Assembly (NCBI RefSeq): GCF_025998535.1
Contig: NZ_AP024233.1
Span: 1,369,219-1,401,218, forward strand
Direction: 5' to 3'
Source: Desulfolithobacter dissulfuricans
Lineage (GTDB): Bacteria > Desulfobacterota > Desulfobulbia > Desulfobulbales > Desulfobulbaceae
DNA length: 32,000 nt
Positions within the stretch are counted from its first letter, which is position 1. Every line of letters starts with the position of its first letter. The notes beneath the pieces are model-generated. The model saw only the letters and a list, made by a program, of their open reading frames with translations, had not been told where the DNA came from and did no database searches. Both the position numbers and the translations under genes were made by a program. Shown piece by piece: positions 18,656 through 28,894 of this stretch.

Positions 18656-20416
18656 CAGCAATTCCCGGAGGACGCTGAATCCCTGATATAATGCAATTTG
18701 TCAAAAGTCCTTTCGTAAACTTTATGCAAATTTTTACGGTGAATGTTAAATTTTTCTTGACATATCAATGAGTTAGCGATTTCCGCCTTTTTGTAAGAAA
18801 AACAATAACTTACAAGGAGGCGACCATGTCGAACCAAATCAGAACAATCGTGAAAGCAAGCATCAGACAAGCCGCACATATCGAGCAGATCAGGTTGCGC
18901 AAGGACCTGAATGCGGATGCTCTGTTTGCAACAATGCGCTCTGGATTTGAAAAAATCAAGGACCATCGTCCAGGTCAGGTCAAGCATACGCTGGCCGATA
19001 CGCTCATGTCGGCTTTTGCCATGTTTTCCCTGAAAGATCCGTCGTTGCTGGCTTTTGATTGCCGACGGCTCGACGACCCCGATAATCTGAAGACCATCTA
19101 CGGCATGGCTACGATTCCCAGCGACACATCCATGCGTGAGATTCTCGACCCGGTTGACCCTACTCTCCTCAGACCGCTGTTCAAGGACGCCTTTCGTCCG
19201 TTACAGCGAGGCAAGGTGCTGGAGAAGATGGTCTTCATGGAAGAGGGATACTTGCTCAACCTGGACGGTACCGGTTATTTTTCTTCCAGTAAGCTGTATT
19301 CTCCGGCCTGCCTGGAAAAGAAGAGCCGCAGTGGTAAAATAACCTACCATTTACAAGCGGTTGGCGCAGCCGTTGTTCATCCTGGATTCCGGGAGATGAT
19401 CCCTCTTTGTCCGGAGATCATCAGGAAGCAGGACGGCACCACCAAACAGGATTGTGAACGAAACGCCGTCAGAAGGATGCTGGTCAAACTGCGCCAGGAT
19501 CATCCTCACCTGAAGTTCATCGTCAACGAGGATTCCCTGGCCTCCAACGCACCGCATATCAGAGACCTGCGGGAACTGGGTTTCCGTTACATCCTGGGTG
19601 TCAAAGAGGGGGACCATAAGTTTCTCTTTGAATACGTTGATCAGGCCGTGGAGGACGGTCAGGCAGTGGAGTTGGTTCTTCCCGATACAAAGAAAGAGGA
19701 GATATCCCACTGTTTCCGCATTGTCTACCATGCTCCGCTCAATAAGGGCAACCAGGACATCCGGGTCACCTTTGTCGAGTATTGGGAGGATAATCCCAAG
19801 AGAAAGAAGCCGTTGCGCTTCAGCTGGATAACCGATCTGTCCGTAACACCGGACAATGTGTACCAGTTCATGCGTGGTGCCCGGGCCCGGTGGAAGATAG
19901 AGAATGAGACCTTCAACACCTTGAAGAACCAGGGGTACCAGTTTGGCCATAATTTTGGCCTTGGCAAACAGCACTTGAGTGAGGTGTTTGTACACCTTAT
20001 GATGCTGGCCTTTCTGGTGGATCAGATTCAGCAGCTATGCTGCCCATTGTTTAAAGCAGCCCGTAAGCTGTATCGCACCAATCGATCCTTCTGGGAAAAG
20101 GTTCGATACCATTTCTACGGTTATGTTCTCAAAACCATGGAGGAATTGTATTATACCCTGTTACTGGCACGCCGACGTAACCTTACCTCATAGACGGGAG
20201 AGGTTATATCGCTATTTCAAAGATCAGGCCTTCCGGTTGAAAAATAACAACCGGGGGCGGATGGACACGTCTGTCCAAAAAACGGAATTTTTACCTTCCG
20301 GCAGGCAAAATACTGCAAATATGTCGACAGGAAGAGCTGGTTTTACCTCTCGGCTTGTTTCCTCGACTGAAAAATCAACTCTTCGGCGGTCGATTGTGAC
20401 CTTCCGGGAATAGCTG
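18656..20416 (+). mobile_element. Insertion sequence of 1761 bp with a DDE transposase (IS4/ISNCY-like)
   Basis: Terminal inverted repeats CAGCAATTCCCGGAGG / CAGCTATTCCCGGAAGG. 9-bp direct repeat ATATGCTGC (18647-18655 and 20417-20425). Confidence 0.92.
18826..20193 (+). CDS. DDE transposase (IS4/ISNCY-like), 455 aa
   Basis: LLNLDGTGYFSSSKLYSPACLEKKSRSGKITYHLQAVGAAVVHPG...RARWKIENETFNTLKNQGYQFGHNFG. Contained within precisely bounded TIRs. Confidence 0.9.
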   Translation: MSNQIRTIVKASIRQAAHIEQIRLRKDLNADALFATMRSGFEKIKDHRPGQVKHTLADTLMSAFAMFSLKDPSLLAFDCRRLDDPDNLKTIYGMATIPSDTSMREILDPVDPTLLRPLFKDAFRPLQRGKVLEKMVFMEEGYLLNLDGTGYFSSSKLYSPACLEKKSRSGKITYHLQAVGAAVVHPGFREMIPLCPEIIRKQDGTTKQDCERNAVRRMLVKLRQDHPHLKFIVNEDSLASNAPHIRDLRELGFRYILGVKEGDHKFLFEYVDQAVEDGQAVELVLPDTKKEEISHCFRIVYHAPLNKGNQDIRVTFVEYWEDNPKRKKPLRFSWITDLSVTPDNVYQFMRGARARWKIENETFNTLKNQGYQFGHNFGLGKQHLSEVFVHLMMLAFLVDQIQQLCCPLFKAARKLYRTNRSFWEKVRYHFYGYVLKTMEELYYTLLLARRRNLTS

Positions 20417-20425
20417 ATATGCTGC

Positions 20426-21297
20426 GTAGGTTGATATGGGAAGATATTAGCATCAAGACTATCTTAGCTGAAGATCTTCCGAATATCAAAGCTGATAAAT
20501 CTCAAATAGATCAAATATTAATTAATCTGGTGCTAAATGCACGTGATGCACTTGGTGCTGTTTTAGAGCCAAATTTTAAGAAAAAAATAATAATTGAAAC
20601 TGGAAATGTTATACTTGATAATGAAGATGTCTCAAGTCATTCCGGAGGTAAAAAAGGCCAGCATGTTTTTTTTGCTGTTTCCGATAACGGAATTGGTATG
20701 ACCAAAGAAACAAAGAGACAAATATTTGAACCGTTTTTCACAGCGAAAGAAAAAGGTACTGGCTTAGGCTTGTCGATGGTATATGGAATCGTCAAGCAAA
20801 ATAATGGCAGCATCTACGTCTATACCGAGCCAGACGAAGGGACGATGTTTAAAATATATTGGCCTGTATGCAACGAGGAAGTTTCTCTTGAAAAAAATAT
20901 TCATGAAGAAACTGTAAAATTGTCAAGCAATGAAACTATTTTATTAGTTGAAGATGACGAAAATGTTCGTAACTTTGCAAGTGTAACGCTGGAATCTTTA
21001 GGCTACAAAGTTTACCAGGCATCAAATGGCAGAATTGCTTTAGATTTAATACATTCAGGTGAATGTAAGTTTGACCTGATTTTAACAGATTTAATCATGC
21101 CAGAAATGAACGGCAAGGAGCTTGTGGAACAAGTTAAAAAAATATTACCTGAATCTAAAGTGATTTACGTATCAGGATATACTGATAATCACATTGTGCA
21201 CAACGGATTATTGGAGGAAGGTGTAAAATTTCTCCATAAACCATATTCTGTAGATTCACTTGCAAAAATTATCAGGCAAGTGTTGGATCAAAAATAG
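20426..21297 (+). pseudogene. Hybrid sensor histidine kinase, fragment 3 (HATPase plus receiver domain)
   Basis: DQILINLVLNARDAL, DNGIGM, GTGLGLSMVYGIVKQNNG; receiver ETILLVEDDENVR...DLILTDLIMPEMNGKEL...VIYVSGYTD...FLHKPY. Confidence 0.95.
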
Positions 21298-21859
21298 ATC
21301 TTTTATCTGTACCAGCATCTGACTGTGGTAAGGTTGCTGATGCAAAGATAAAGAAGAACCAAGAGACAGGAGTATGTCTGTCCCTTTCTTCTCCTCAACA
21401 CGTAAACAATCCAATCACTTGGCAGTAGCGGAGAAAAATTGCCATTTGCTGTCCCACAACCAGGCCGGTTCTGGCCGGTTACCTGTACAAAGGCGAGATT
21501 ATATTGACGTGCGTGTTCCGTACGCGGATGATTGTCCCTGGCCAACTCTTCGAATGTTGGAATTAAATTCGTCTGGTGAGGCTACTCCTGAAATCCTTTC
21601 TGCACTTCCCCTTGTTCTCCATCCAACTGATTGCCTACCAGTTATTTTCATTTATGAATCTTGTACTTGCTGATCTGCAATAAAAACTTCCTTTTGTAAC
21701 CATTTTGTTACCTTTAGTGTGTTATCAATAATAAAGGACTGCAGTATGGAACCATAAGTTGTGAAATCAACTGGTTGCTTATCAATGAAATAGTCTGAGA
21801 GGGTTACGGTAATACTGGATGACCCGGTATTCTAGCGGAGATCTGAACGTGTTTTCATA

Positions 21860-22183
21860 ATGGTTGGGGCCATATCGTTAGGGTATTTTGGCTTCAGGCT
21901 GTATGAGCTTGGCATTGGAAAGGGGCAGAGCAATCACAAAGTTCAATCATATTTTCTTAAATTGGTCCTTTCCGGTCAGGTCCGGCTGGGGGCATATCTT
22001 CTCGACAAGGACGGCAACACGCATGGCGAAGGATTTTATCCGACCTTTGCCCAGCCAGACGGGGAGACCCAGATGCATGTTGCCTGGGAGAGAAGTCGGT
22101 CTCGCTACCTCTTTATCGGTGCTTCCGAAAATTCAGTGGGTAAATCCCCTGGTTTCATTTCCTCAACCACCCCTTCAGGTTGA
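21860..22183 (+). CDS. Hypothetical ORF adjacent to the ISL3 element, possibly a gene remnant
   Basis: 107-aa ORF (VGAISLGYFGFRLYELG...LGAYLLDKDGNTHGEGFYPTFAQPDGETQMHVAWERS). No family recognised. Confidence 0.35.
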   Translation: MVGAISLGYFGFRLYELGIGKGQSNHKVQSYFLKLVLSGQVRLGAYLLDKDGNTHGEGFYPTFAQPDGETQMHVAWERSRSRYLFIGASENSVGKSPGFISSTTPSG

Positions 22184-22206
22184 TTGTGAGGGTAGTTGAG
22201 GGAATG
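22157..22206. repeat. Imperfect inverted repeat TTCCTCAACCACCC ... GGGTAGTTGAGGGAA just 5' of the ISL3 transposase
   Basis: Pairs by inspection into a stem with a short loop. Could be a terminator or part of the element end. Confidence 0.55.
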
Positions 22207-23181
22207 AAACCAGTTCCCACCTGGCTCCTGGTAGCGATTTTCAGGCTATCACGCTACATTTACCTCCAAACCATGAATTCCGGAGGAGTGATATGCGTGA
22301 TATTGACCTGTACTATCATCTGTTAGGCCTGGAAAAGCCATGGTCTGTTGCCCGTGTTGAACTTGATCCTGGTTCCCAGAGGGTAGATATCTGGGTTGAC
22401 CATCCCCGGGGCGAGAAATGGCCCTGCCCGGAATGTGGAAAGCCCGGAAACCTGCATGACCATGCCGAAGAAAGAACGTGGCGCCATCTGGACAGCTGCC
22501 AGTTTCAGACCTTTCTTCATGCAAGACCACCACGGATGAAGTGTTCCAGGCATGGTGTGCGCCGTGTACGGCTGCCATGGGCCGAACCACATGCCAGGTT
22601 CACCCTGCTGTTTGAAGGGTTTGCTATCGATGTCCTGCTGCACACCTCTATACAGGCGGCCAGGCGTATCCTGAGGGTCAGCTGGGATGAGGCGTACCAT
22701 CTCATGGAACGCGCCGTGACCAGGGGACTCAGACGAAAGGGGTGCAAGACCATTCCTGTTATCGGGGTTGACGAGAAGTCGGTCGGCAAGGGCCAGCGGA
22801 ACTACGTCACCGTGGTCAGTGACCTTGGCCGCAGCACGGTGGAAGAGGTTATCGTTGGCCGGAGCAGCAGGAGCCTGGAAACATATTTTCAGCAGCTGAC
22901 GCCACAGCAGCGGGATACCATTGAAGCTGTCTCCATGGACATGTCCAGTGCCTATATCTCGGCGGTGGAGAAAACGTGGCCGGAGGACGGGAGGGACAAG
23001 ATCGTTTTTGACCGTTTTCACGTGATGAAACAGCTTGGTGATGCAGTGGACAAGGTGCGAAGACAGGAGCACAAGGCCCTGCTTCGGGCAGGCAGCAGCC
23101 TGCTCACCGGAACCAGATATATCTGGCTCTATGCCAGGGAGAACCTGCCTGAAAAGTACTGGAACAGGTTCTTCCGTCTGA

Positions 23182-25137
23182 CAGGAGTTTATAGGGATTC
23201 ACCATTTTTAACAAAAAAACTTCAAGAATTCAGCTAGTTGCTTTCACAAAACATGTAAGACCCTACACGCCTCCCAAGATTTCATCCCAAAAAAATATAG
23301 AAAAACAAGATAATGGGCGTTTTTCGCTTGCACATGTAAGACCCTACTGATATCTTGTGGATATGGCACACCTGCATAAAAAGATGAAAAAGGGAAGGCC
23401 CTACTATTATGTCCGGGAGATCGCGCGGGTCGACGGCAAACCCAAGGTCATCAATCAGATATACCTGGGGTCACCTGAACGTATTCTCGAGATGGCACAG
23501 GGCGGCAACAGCATGCCCAAAAAAATCCAGGCGCAAGCCTTTGGTGCACTCTGGCTCGCGAATCTCGTTGAAAAGGAAATAGACCTTGCCGGTCTGATTG
23601 ACGGGATCGTGGCTGAAGAAAAAGATAATGCGCCATCTGTGGGCGAATATTTTCTCTATGCCGTCTATAACCGGATGATCCAGGCCTGTTCGAAACGGGC
23701 AATGCCGGGATGGTATAAGGCCACTGCCATCCAGCATATTCGCCCTGTTCAGATTGACGAGCTCAACTCACAGATGTTCTGGTTCAAATGGAATCAGGTT
23801 GGAGAGCGGCAACTGCAGCAGATCGCGAAGGATTTTCTTCGGCGCATCTCCAGGATAGAGTCCTCGTCTTCAGACTGCTTCATGTTTGACACAACCAATT
23901 ACTACACCTTTATGGCCACAGATACCGAGTCGGTACTGGCCCAGAGGGGGAAAAGCAAGGAAGGGCGCAACTGGTTACGCCAGATAGGCGTTGCTCTTCT
24001 TGTCAGTCGGGATAAACGAATCCCGCTCTATTACAGGGAATACGAAGGCAATCGGCACGACTCAAAAATGTTTCTTCAGACCATGGAGGATATGTTCAGG
24101 GTCATGCGCGACTCTGCTGGGGAAGATGGTGCCTTGACCGTTGTCTTTGACAAGGGAATGAACAGTGAGGATAATATCGCCGCCATCGATGCCAGGGAAG
24201 GTGTCAACTTTATCACCACATATTCAACCCATTATGCTGACCATCTTGTCCATGTCGATCTGGACAGATTCAAGCCTGTTGATACTCGGAAAAACCGGAA
24301 ACTTGCTCAAAAGGGCAGAGAAGATGACCGGTTGCTGGCCTGGCGGACTCAAGGTGAATACTGGGGGCGGAAGCGCACAGTGGTGGTTACATACAATCCA
24401 CTGACGGCCGCAAAACAGCGTTACGCCTTTGAAAAAAAGATGCTTCGCCTTCAGGATACCCTGTTTGAATTTCAATCCAGGGTCAACAGGCAGGCCCCGT
24501 ACTGGCGTAAGCAATCAGTTGTTCTCAAGCGGTACATGGACATCTGCTCGGAGTTGCACATCCCGTCAGACCTGTACAAGGTTGAATTTTATGTTACAGA
24601 CAAGCGGCTCAGAATGAATTTTCGAAAGAACCATTACCGGATTGGGCGCTATATTGACCGGTTTGGCAAGAATATCATCATTACCAATATAACCGACTGG
24701 TCAACCGATGAAATCGTCCAGGCAAGCCTGGACCGCTGGACTGTTGAGGATGCTTTCCGGCTGACAAAAGATGAGTCACAGGTGGCGCTCAGGCCGGTAC
24801 GTCATTGGACTGACAGCAAGATCAGGTGCCACATCTTCACCTGCATAGCAGCCCTGGCACTCCTGCGCATCATCGAATTAAGGCTCAGGAAGGCAGGTGT
24901 TAACATGACAGCCAAGGCAGCTATGCGCCATATGGGCAATTTGCACTCCTGCCTTCTGTGGTTACCCGGAAAAAGGAAAGCCGTACGTATGCTGGAAGAA
25001 CCGGACGAGGCTCAGGCTGATATTATGCGGGCATTTGGATGGAAAATAGCCGGTGGGGTCTTACAGGAAATATAGATTTATCACTCTGGAATACCGTCAT
25101 TTTAATGAAAAAGTATGGAGGATTCTATAAACTCCTG
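23182..25137 (+). mobile_element. IS1634-like element, copy 1 (1956 bp)
   Basis: Ends CAGGAGTTTATAG...CTATAAACTCCTG. 5-bp direct repeat TCTGA at 23177-23181 and 25138-25142. Confidence 0.93.
23357..25075 (+). CDS. IS1634-family transposase, 572 aa
   Basis: KKGRPYYYVREIARVDGKPKVINQIYLG...CFMFDTTNYYTF...LTVVFDKGMNSEDNI...LDRWTVEDAFRLTKDESQVALRPVRHWTDSKIRCHIFTCIAALAL. Confidence 0.93.
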   Translation: MDMAHLHKKMKKGRPYYYVREIARVDGKPKVINQIYLGSPERILEMAQGGNSMPKKIQAQAFGALWLANLVEKEIDLAGLIDGIVAEEKDNAPSVGEYFLYAVYNRMIQACSKRAMPGWYKATAIQHIRPVQIDELNSQMFWFKWNQVGERQLQQIAKDFLRRISRIESSSSDCFMFDTTNYYTFMATDTESVLAQRGKSKEGRNWLRQIGVALLVSRDKRIPLYYREYEGNRHDSKMFLQTMEDMFRVMRDSAGEDGALTVVFDKGMNSEDNIAAIDAREGVNFITTYSTHYADHLVHVDLDRFKPVDTRKNRKLAQKGREDDRLLAWRTQGEYWGRKRTVVVTYNPLTAAKQRYAFEKKMLRLQDTLFEFQSRVNRQAPYWRKQSVVLKRYMDICSELHIPSDLYKVEFYVTDKRLRMNFRKNHYRIGRYIDRFGKNIIITNITDWSTDEIVQASLDRWTVEDAFRLTKDESQVALRPVRHWTDSKIRCHIFTCIAALALLRIIELRLRKAGVNMTAKAAMRHMGNLHSCLLWLPGKRKAVRMLEEPDEAQADIMRAFGWKIAGGVLQEI

Positions 25138-25716
25138 TCTGAAGGATGCTGATCTGAAAACAGCGCGAGCCTGGGCCCTCAAGGAGAACATTCGAAAATT
25201 GTGGGATTATAAATGTTCGCATTGGGCCTGGCACCACTGGAAGCGATGGTTTTTCTGGGCAACCCACAGCCGTCTTGAACCTGTGAGAAAAGCGGCCTAT
25301 ACCCTGAAGAACCATCTGTATGGAATCATGAATTATTTTAAACATCGCATTACCAATGGTGCCGCCGAGGGAATCAACTCCCGGATCGCAACCCTGCTGA
25401 AAACAGCCTGTGGTTTTCGGAACAAGGCCCGCCTGAGGATTGCTATCCTCTTTCACTTTGGCGGCCTCGAAATGTATCCCGTTACCCACTGAAAACCCGG
25501 AAGGACCTCTTTATCTGGATGTATGAATCGTACAAAAGCGAATCCTATAGTCGGCCCGGGTGTGTACAAGGAGGTGATCAGGGGGAAGGGGAGTTGTTTT
25601 TCCGAGGACGCGGGCGGATACCACTTCGCCGTGTCGTCCAGAAACTTGGCTGGGGCACGTTAGGTAACTTATTCATACACTGACAACCAGTTGGTTTATC
25701 TGATGGGGGTGCTGGA

Positions 25717-26152
25717 ATGGCTGGAACGATAGTTGGTATTGCAATCGCCGGATCAAACGACCGCTGTTATGCCTGGTACCGGGACGGGACCGTCAGCTCA
25801 GGGGCCAGTTCGGACCTGGACAGATACGCCAAGCCGTACGAATACGCGATCCGCTTGCTCCTGACAAGCGGCGAGCTACGGAAAATTCTCAAGAACAGCC
25901 TAGGAGACAACCTCAACAAAACATGCCGCTTTCTCTTTGCAGATGGCACGTATTATTGCAGCCCGCGCAGTGACATCGACAGGCTGGTACGCGACAGCAG
26001 TATCGACAGGACTAGGTGGATAACGGAAAAACATGACTGTGACGATTTTGCCCTGTCGCTCAAGTACGATTTTGTCCGGGACGCCTACCTGGACGGTAAA
26101 AGAAGGTATCCCCACAGCCTGGGGATCCTCTGGGGCAGGGCCCTGAAGGAAG
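25717..26152 (+). pseudogene. Putative cysteine-peptidase/transglutaminase-fold-like protein, part 1 (part 2 is 28824-28894)
   Basis: GIAIAGSNDRCYAWYRDGTVSSGASSDLDRYAKPYEYAI...KHDCDDFALSLKYDFVRDAY. Joining across the IS21 copy gives LKEGHHAINVAVTDQKEVLFIEPQND. Confidence 0.75.
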
Positions 26153-26235
26153 TGTTAATGATCACCTAATGGAGCCATCCATGATCGGGTTAATGAGGCC
26201 ACTTTCAGGTGGTCATTTTGGGCTCTCGAACGTGG

Positions 26236-27021
26236 TTAATTTTTAGACGATTTTTCTGTTTTTTCCACCTCCTTTTTTTGGGGTTTTGGCAGTGGTTTTG
26301 TGGTCCGGTAACTTTTGCCATCGAGGACCACGCAATAGGCGCCATGGCGTATGCGGTCGATGGTGGCTGCACCCAGCAGTTTGTTGGGAAAGGCGTCACG
26401 CCATTCGGACAGATCCAGGTTACTGGTGATGATGGTCGAACGTCGTTCATACCGTTCGCCGATCAGGTCGTGGATATCCTCGTCCTGGGGTGTGCGGAGA
26501 GGCTTGAGTCCAAAATCGTCGATGATCAGCAGGTCGACCTTGGCCAGGGTATTCAGGCGCCGGTCGTAAGTGTTGGTGGCCCGGGCGGCCTGGAGCTGAC
26601 CGAGCAGTTTTGTCTGGGTCGTGAAGACAACATCACGACCCAGCCGGATGGCGCAATGGCCGAGTGCCTGGGCGATGTGACTCTTTCCGGTGCCGCAGGG
26701 GCCCACGATCAGGACACAGGCCTTTTCCTCCATGAAACGGCAGGTGGCCAAGTCCATTACCTGGGCCTTGTTGATGGCGGGATTGAAGGAAAAGTCGAAA
26801 TCCTCCAGGGTTTTCTGATTGCGGAACCCGGCACGCCTGATCCGCATGTCGAATTTTCGTTGCGTACGGCGCGCCACCTCGTCCTGGATAAGGAGGGCGA
26901 GGAAGTCGGTATAGGCCATTTTTTCATCGATCGCCTGCCGGTTCCGGATCTCCAGGGAATCCATGATCCCGGAGAGGCGCAGCTGCTTGAGCATGGGGAT
27001 CAGTTCGGGCATGGGATGCAT
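26236..27021 (-). CDS. istB: IS21-family helper ATPase IstB (copy 2)
   Basis: Near-identical to 10141-10926 with scattered substitutions. Start chosen at MHPMPELIP to match copy 1. Confidence 0.94.
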   Translation of the reverse strand: MHPMPELIPMLKQLRLSGIMDSLEIRNRQAIDEKMAYTDFLALLIQDEVARRTQRKFDMRIRRAGFRNQKTLEDFDFSFNPAINKAQVMDLATCRFMEEKACVLIVGPCGTGKSHIAQALGHCAIRLGRDVVFTTQTKLLGQLQAARATNTYDRRLNTLAKVDLLIIDDFGLKPLRTPQDEDIHDLIGERYERRSTIITSNLDLSEWRDAFPNKLLGAATIDRIRHGAYCVVLDGKSYRTTKPLPKPQKKEVEKTEKSSKN

Positions 27022-28577
27022 ATCGAGTCCTCCTTGGACGAAGAGGTTGTGACCACTCTCGAGCATGTTCTTTGAAAACGTCCTTTGCCGGTATAGGTTG
27101 CCGGCAGGGGTGTGGGAACGGGATCGTCGGGCAGTTGATCGAGCCCCTTTGCCAGGATGGTCTTGACCGTGATGTACTTTGGACTGTCAAAGAAAAGAGC
27201 ACGCCGACAGGCGGCTTCCAGGCGGACCTGACCATACTTCCCGGCAAGGCCGATGACTCCCTGGGCAGCCCTGAGATTGTCCAGGACTCGGTGAGCGAAA
27301 AGAGACTCGATGAGACGTAAACAGTTGGGGCCTGTTACACCAGCCTGCCTGAGGCACCATTGCGGGTCACGCATCAGGTAGGCCACGGCATCGGGCGGCA
27401 GGTGACCGATGATGGTCGATTTCTCGCCGGGCCTGTGTTTCCGGGGATGAACCGCCACCAGTTCGTGATCGTGAAAGATCTTGACGGTCGTTTCCGTGGC
27501 CTTGACCCAGAGCTGTTTGCGGACCAGCCTGTAGGGTGCCGAGTAAAAGCATTTTTCAAATTGCAGATGACAGTTGCCATGCAGCTTGTGTGCAGACCAG
27601 ACCGCCAGCTCCGGCACCTTGGCCGGCAGGGGCTTGAGCAGGTGTTTTTCCGCTTCTGCAAAGAGGGAAAGCGGCTTCTGTCTGGTAGTGCCATGGACAC
27701 GGTTGCCGGCGCTCTCCATGATCCATTTGCGCAGTTGGCGGTTGGCATCACCAAGGCTTCTGAATCGGCGTAAAGGCAGGAAGCTGCGCTTGATATACTT
27801 GACTCCGGCCTCGACCCTGCCTTTTTTCCTTGGCTCGTTGGGCGGACAGGGCGAGACCAGGAAACCATAGCCTTCGGCCAGTTCAGCATAGGAACGCTGG
27901 ATCCTGGGATCCCGCCAGCATGCCCTGGTGATGGCGGACTTCAGGTTGTCGACCACCACCTTTTTCGGGATACCGCCGAAGAATTCAAAGGCCCGTCGGT
28001 GACAGCCAAGCCAGGTGTGTATTTTTTGGTCCCTGACGATCTCGGCATACTGATGCCGGCTGAAGGCCAGGGTCATGACAAAGAACCAGGTGGAAAACAC
28101 CTCGCCGGTGGTCGTATCCGTGATTTTCGGCCCCTTGCCGAAGTCGACCTGGGCCACCTCGCCCGGCTTGAAGTCGAGCATGACCGTGGCCTCTGGCGAG
28201 TCATTCTTCAGTTGCTGCAGGTACCGGCGTACCGCTGAATAACTGCCGGAAAAACCATGATCGCGTACCAGTGCCTGATGGATGGTGGTGCCAGAGATTC
28301 CCTGCCTGTGCCAGGACTTGATCTTCTCGTGGTAGGGCGCCAGAATGGAACCTGAAGCAGGGCGCCGGGGACGCTTGAGAACTGCAGCCAGGGTGTGGTC
28401 ATCCGGCAAAGGCCTCTTTGGGGAGAGCCAGCCCTTTTCCGTTGCGATACGACGGAATTCCGAAGCTTTGGCTCGTCCCATGAGACCGGCTTTGGCAATC
28501 TGGCGATCCGACTGGCCGGAGCGCATGTAGGCAAGGATCTGACGGTATTGGAACATCTCGAACCTCCTGTTGGCCAT
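27000..28577 (-). CDS. istA: IS21-family transposase IstA (copy 2)
   Basis: MANRRFEMFQYRQILAYMRSGQSDRQIAKAG... closely related to copy 1 but clearly diverged. Confidence 0.94.
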   Translation of the reverse strand: MANRRFEMFQYRQILAYMRSGQSDRQIAKAGLMGRAKASEFRRIATEKGWLSPKRPLPDDHTLAAVLKRPRRPASGSILAPYHEKIKSWHRQGISGTTIHQALVRDHGFSGSYSAVRRYLQQLKNDSPEATVMLDFKPGEVAQVDFGKGPKITDTTTGEVFSTWFFVMTLAFSRHQYAEIVRDQKIHTWLGCHRRAFEFFGGIPKKVVVDNLKSAITRACWRDPRIQRSYAELAEGYGFLVSPCPPNEPRKKGRVEAGVKYIKRSFLPLRRFRSLGDANRQLRKWIMESAGNRVHGTTRQKPLSLFAEAEKHLLKPLPAKVPELAVWSAHKLHGNCHLQFEKCFYSAPYRLVRKQLWVKATETTVKIFHDHELVAVHPRKHRPGEKSTIIGHLPPDAVAYLMRDPQWCLRQAGVTGPNCLRLIESLFAHRVLDNLRAAQGVIGLAGKYGQVRLEAACRRALFFDSPKYITVKTILAKGLDQLPDDPVPTPLPATYTGKGRFQRTCSRVVTTSSSKEDSICIPCPN

Positions 28578-28823
28578 TGGTACACCTCCCTGGAAACGAT
28601 TGTGCTCTGTTCCACGGAGATATACCAGATTGTCAGGGAGTCCGAGAACCGGTTACGACCGGTAAAGTGGCTCGATTAACCTGATCACCGGCTGGCTCGA
28701 TTATGATGATCACGGGGTGGCTCAATTAGCGTGATCATCAGGTGGCTCCATTACGGCGATCATCGGGTGGCCCGATTAAGGTGATCATGAAGTGGCTCTA
28801 TATGGAGTGTCATTAACAGGAAG

Positions 28824-28894
28824 GCCACCATGCTATCAATGTTGCCGTAACCGACCAGAAGGAAGTGCTGTTCATCGAGCCGCAAAATGACAGA
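28824..28894 (+). pseudogene. Putative cysteine-peptidase/transglutaminase-fold-like protein, part 2, cut at 28894 by IS1634-like copy 2
   Basis: Reads GHHAINVAVTDQKEVLFIEPQND in frame with 25717-26152. The following codons belong to the IS terminus. Confidence 0.72.

Larger units (their letters stand above)
22293..25492 (+). pseudogene. ISL3-family transposase split by an IS1634-like insertion (parts 22293-23181 and 25143-25492)
   Basis: Excision of 23182-25137 plus one TSD copy restores YWNRFFRLKDADLKTARAWALKENIRKLW. The two parts total 1239 nt (413 codons). IGVDEKSVGKGQRNYVTVVSDL and DMSSAYISAVEKTWP are ISL3-type. Confidence 0.93.
26153..28818 (-). mobile_element. IS21-family element, copy 2 (2666 bp), inverted relative to copy 1
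   Basis: Ends TGTTAATGATCA...GAGTGTCATTAACA. 5-bp direct repeat GGAAG (26148-26152 and 28819-28823). Confidence 0.95.

Noticed and set aside
26209-27075. 288-aa plus-strand ORF, also present as 10105-10953 on the minus strand
   Set aside because: Antisense shadow of istB in both IS21 copies.
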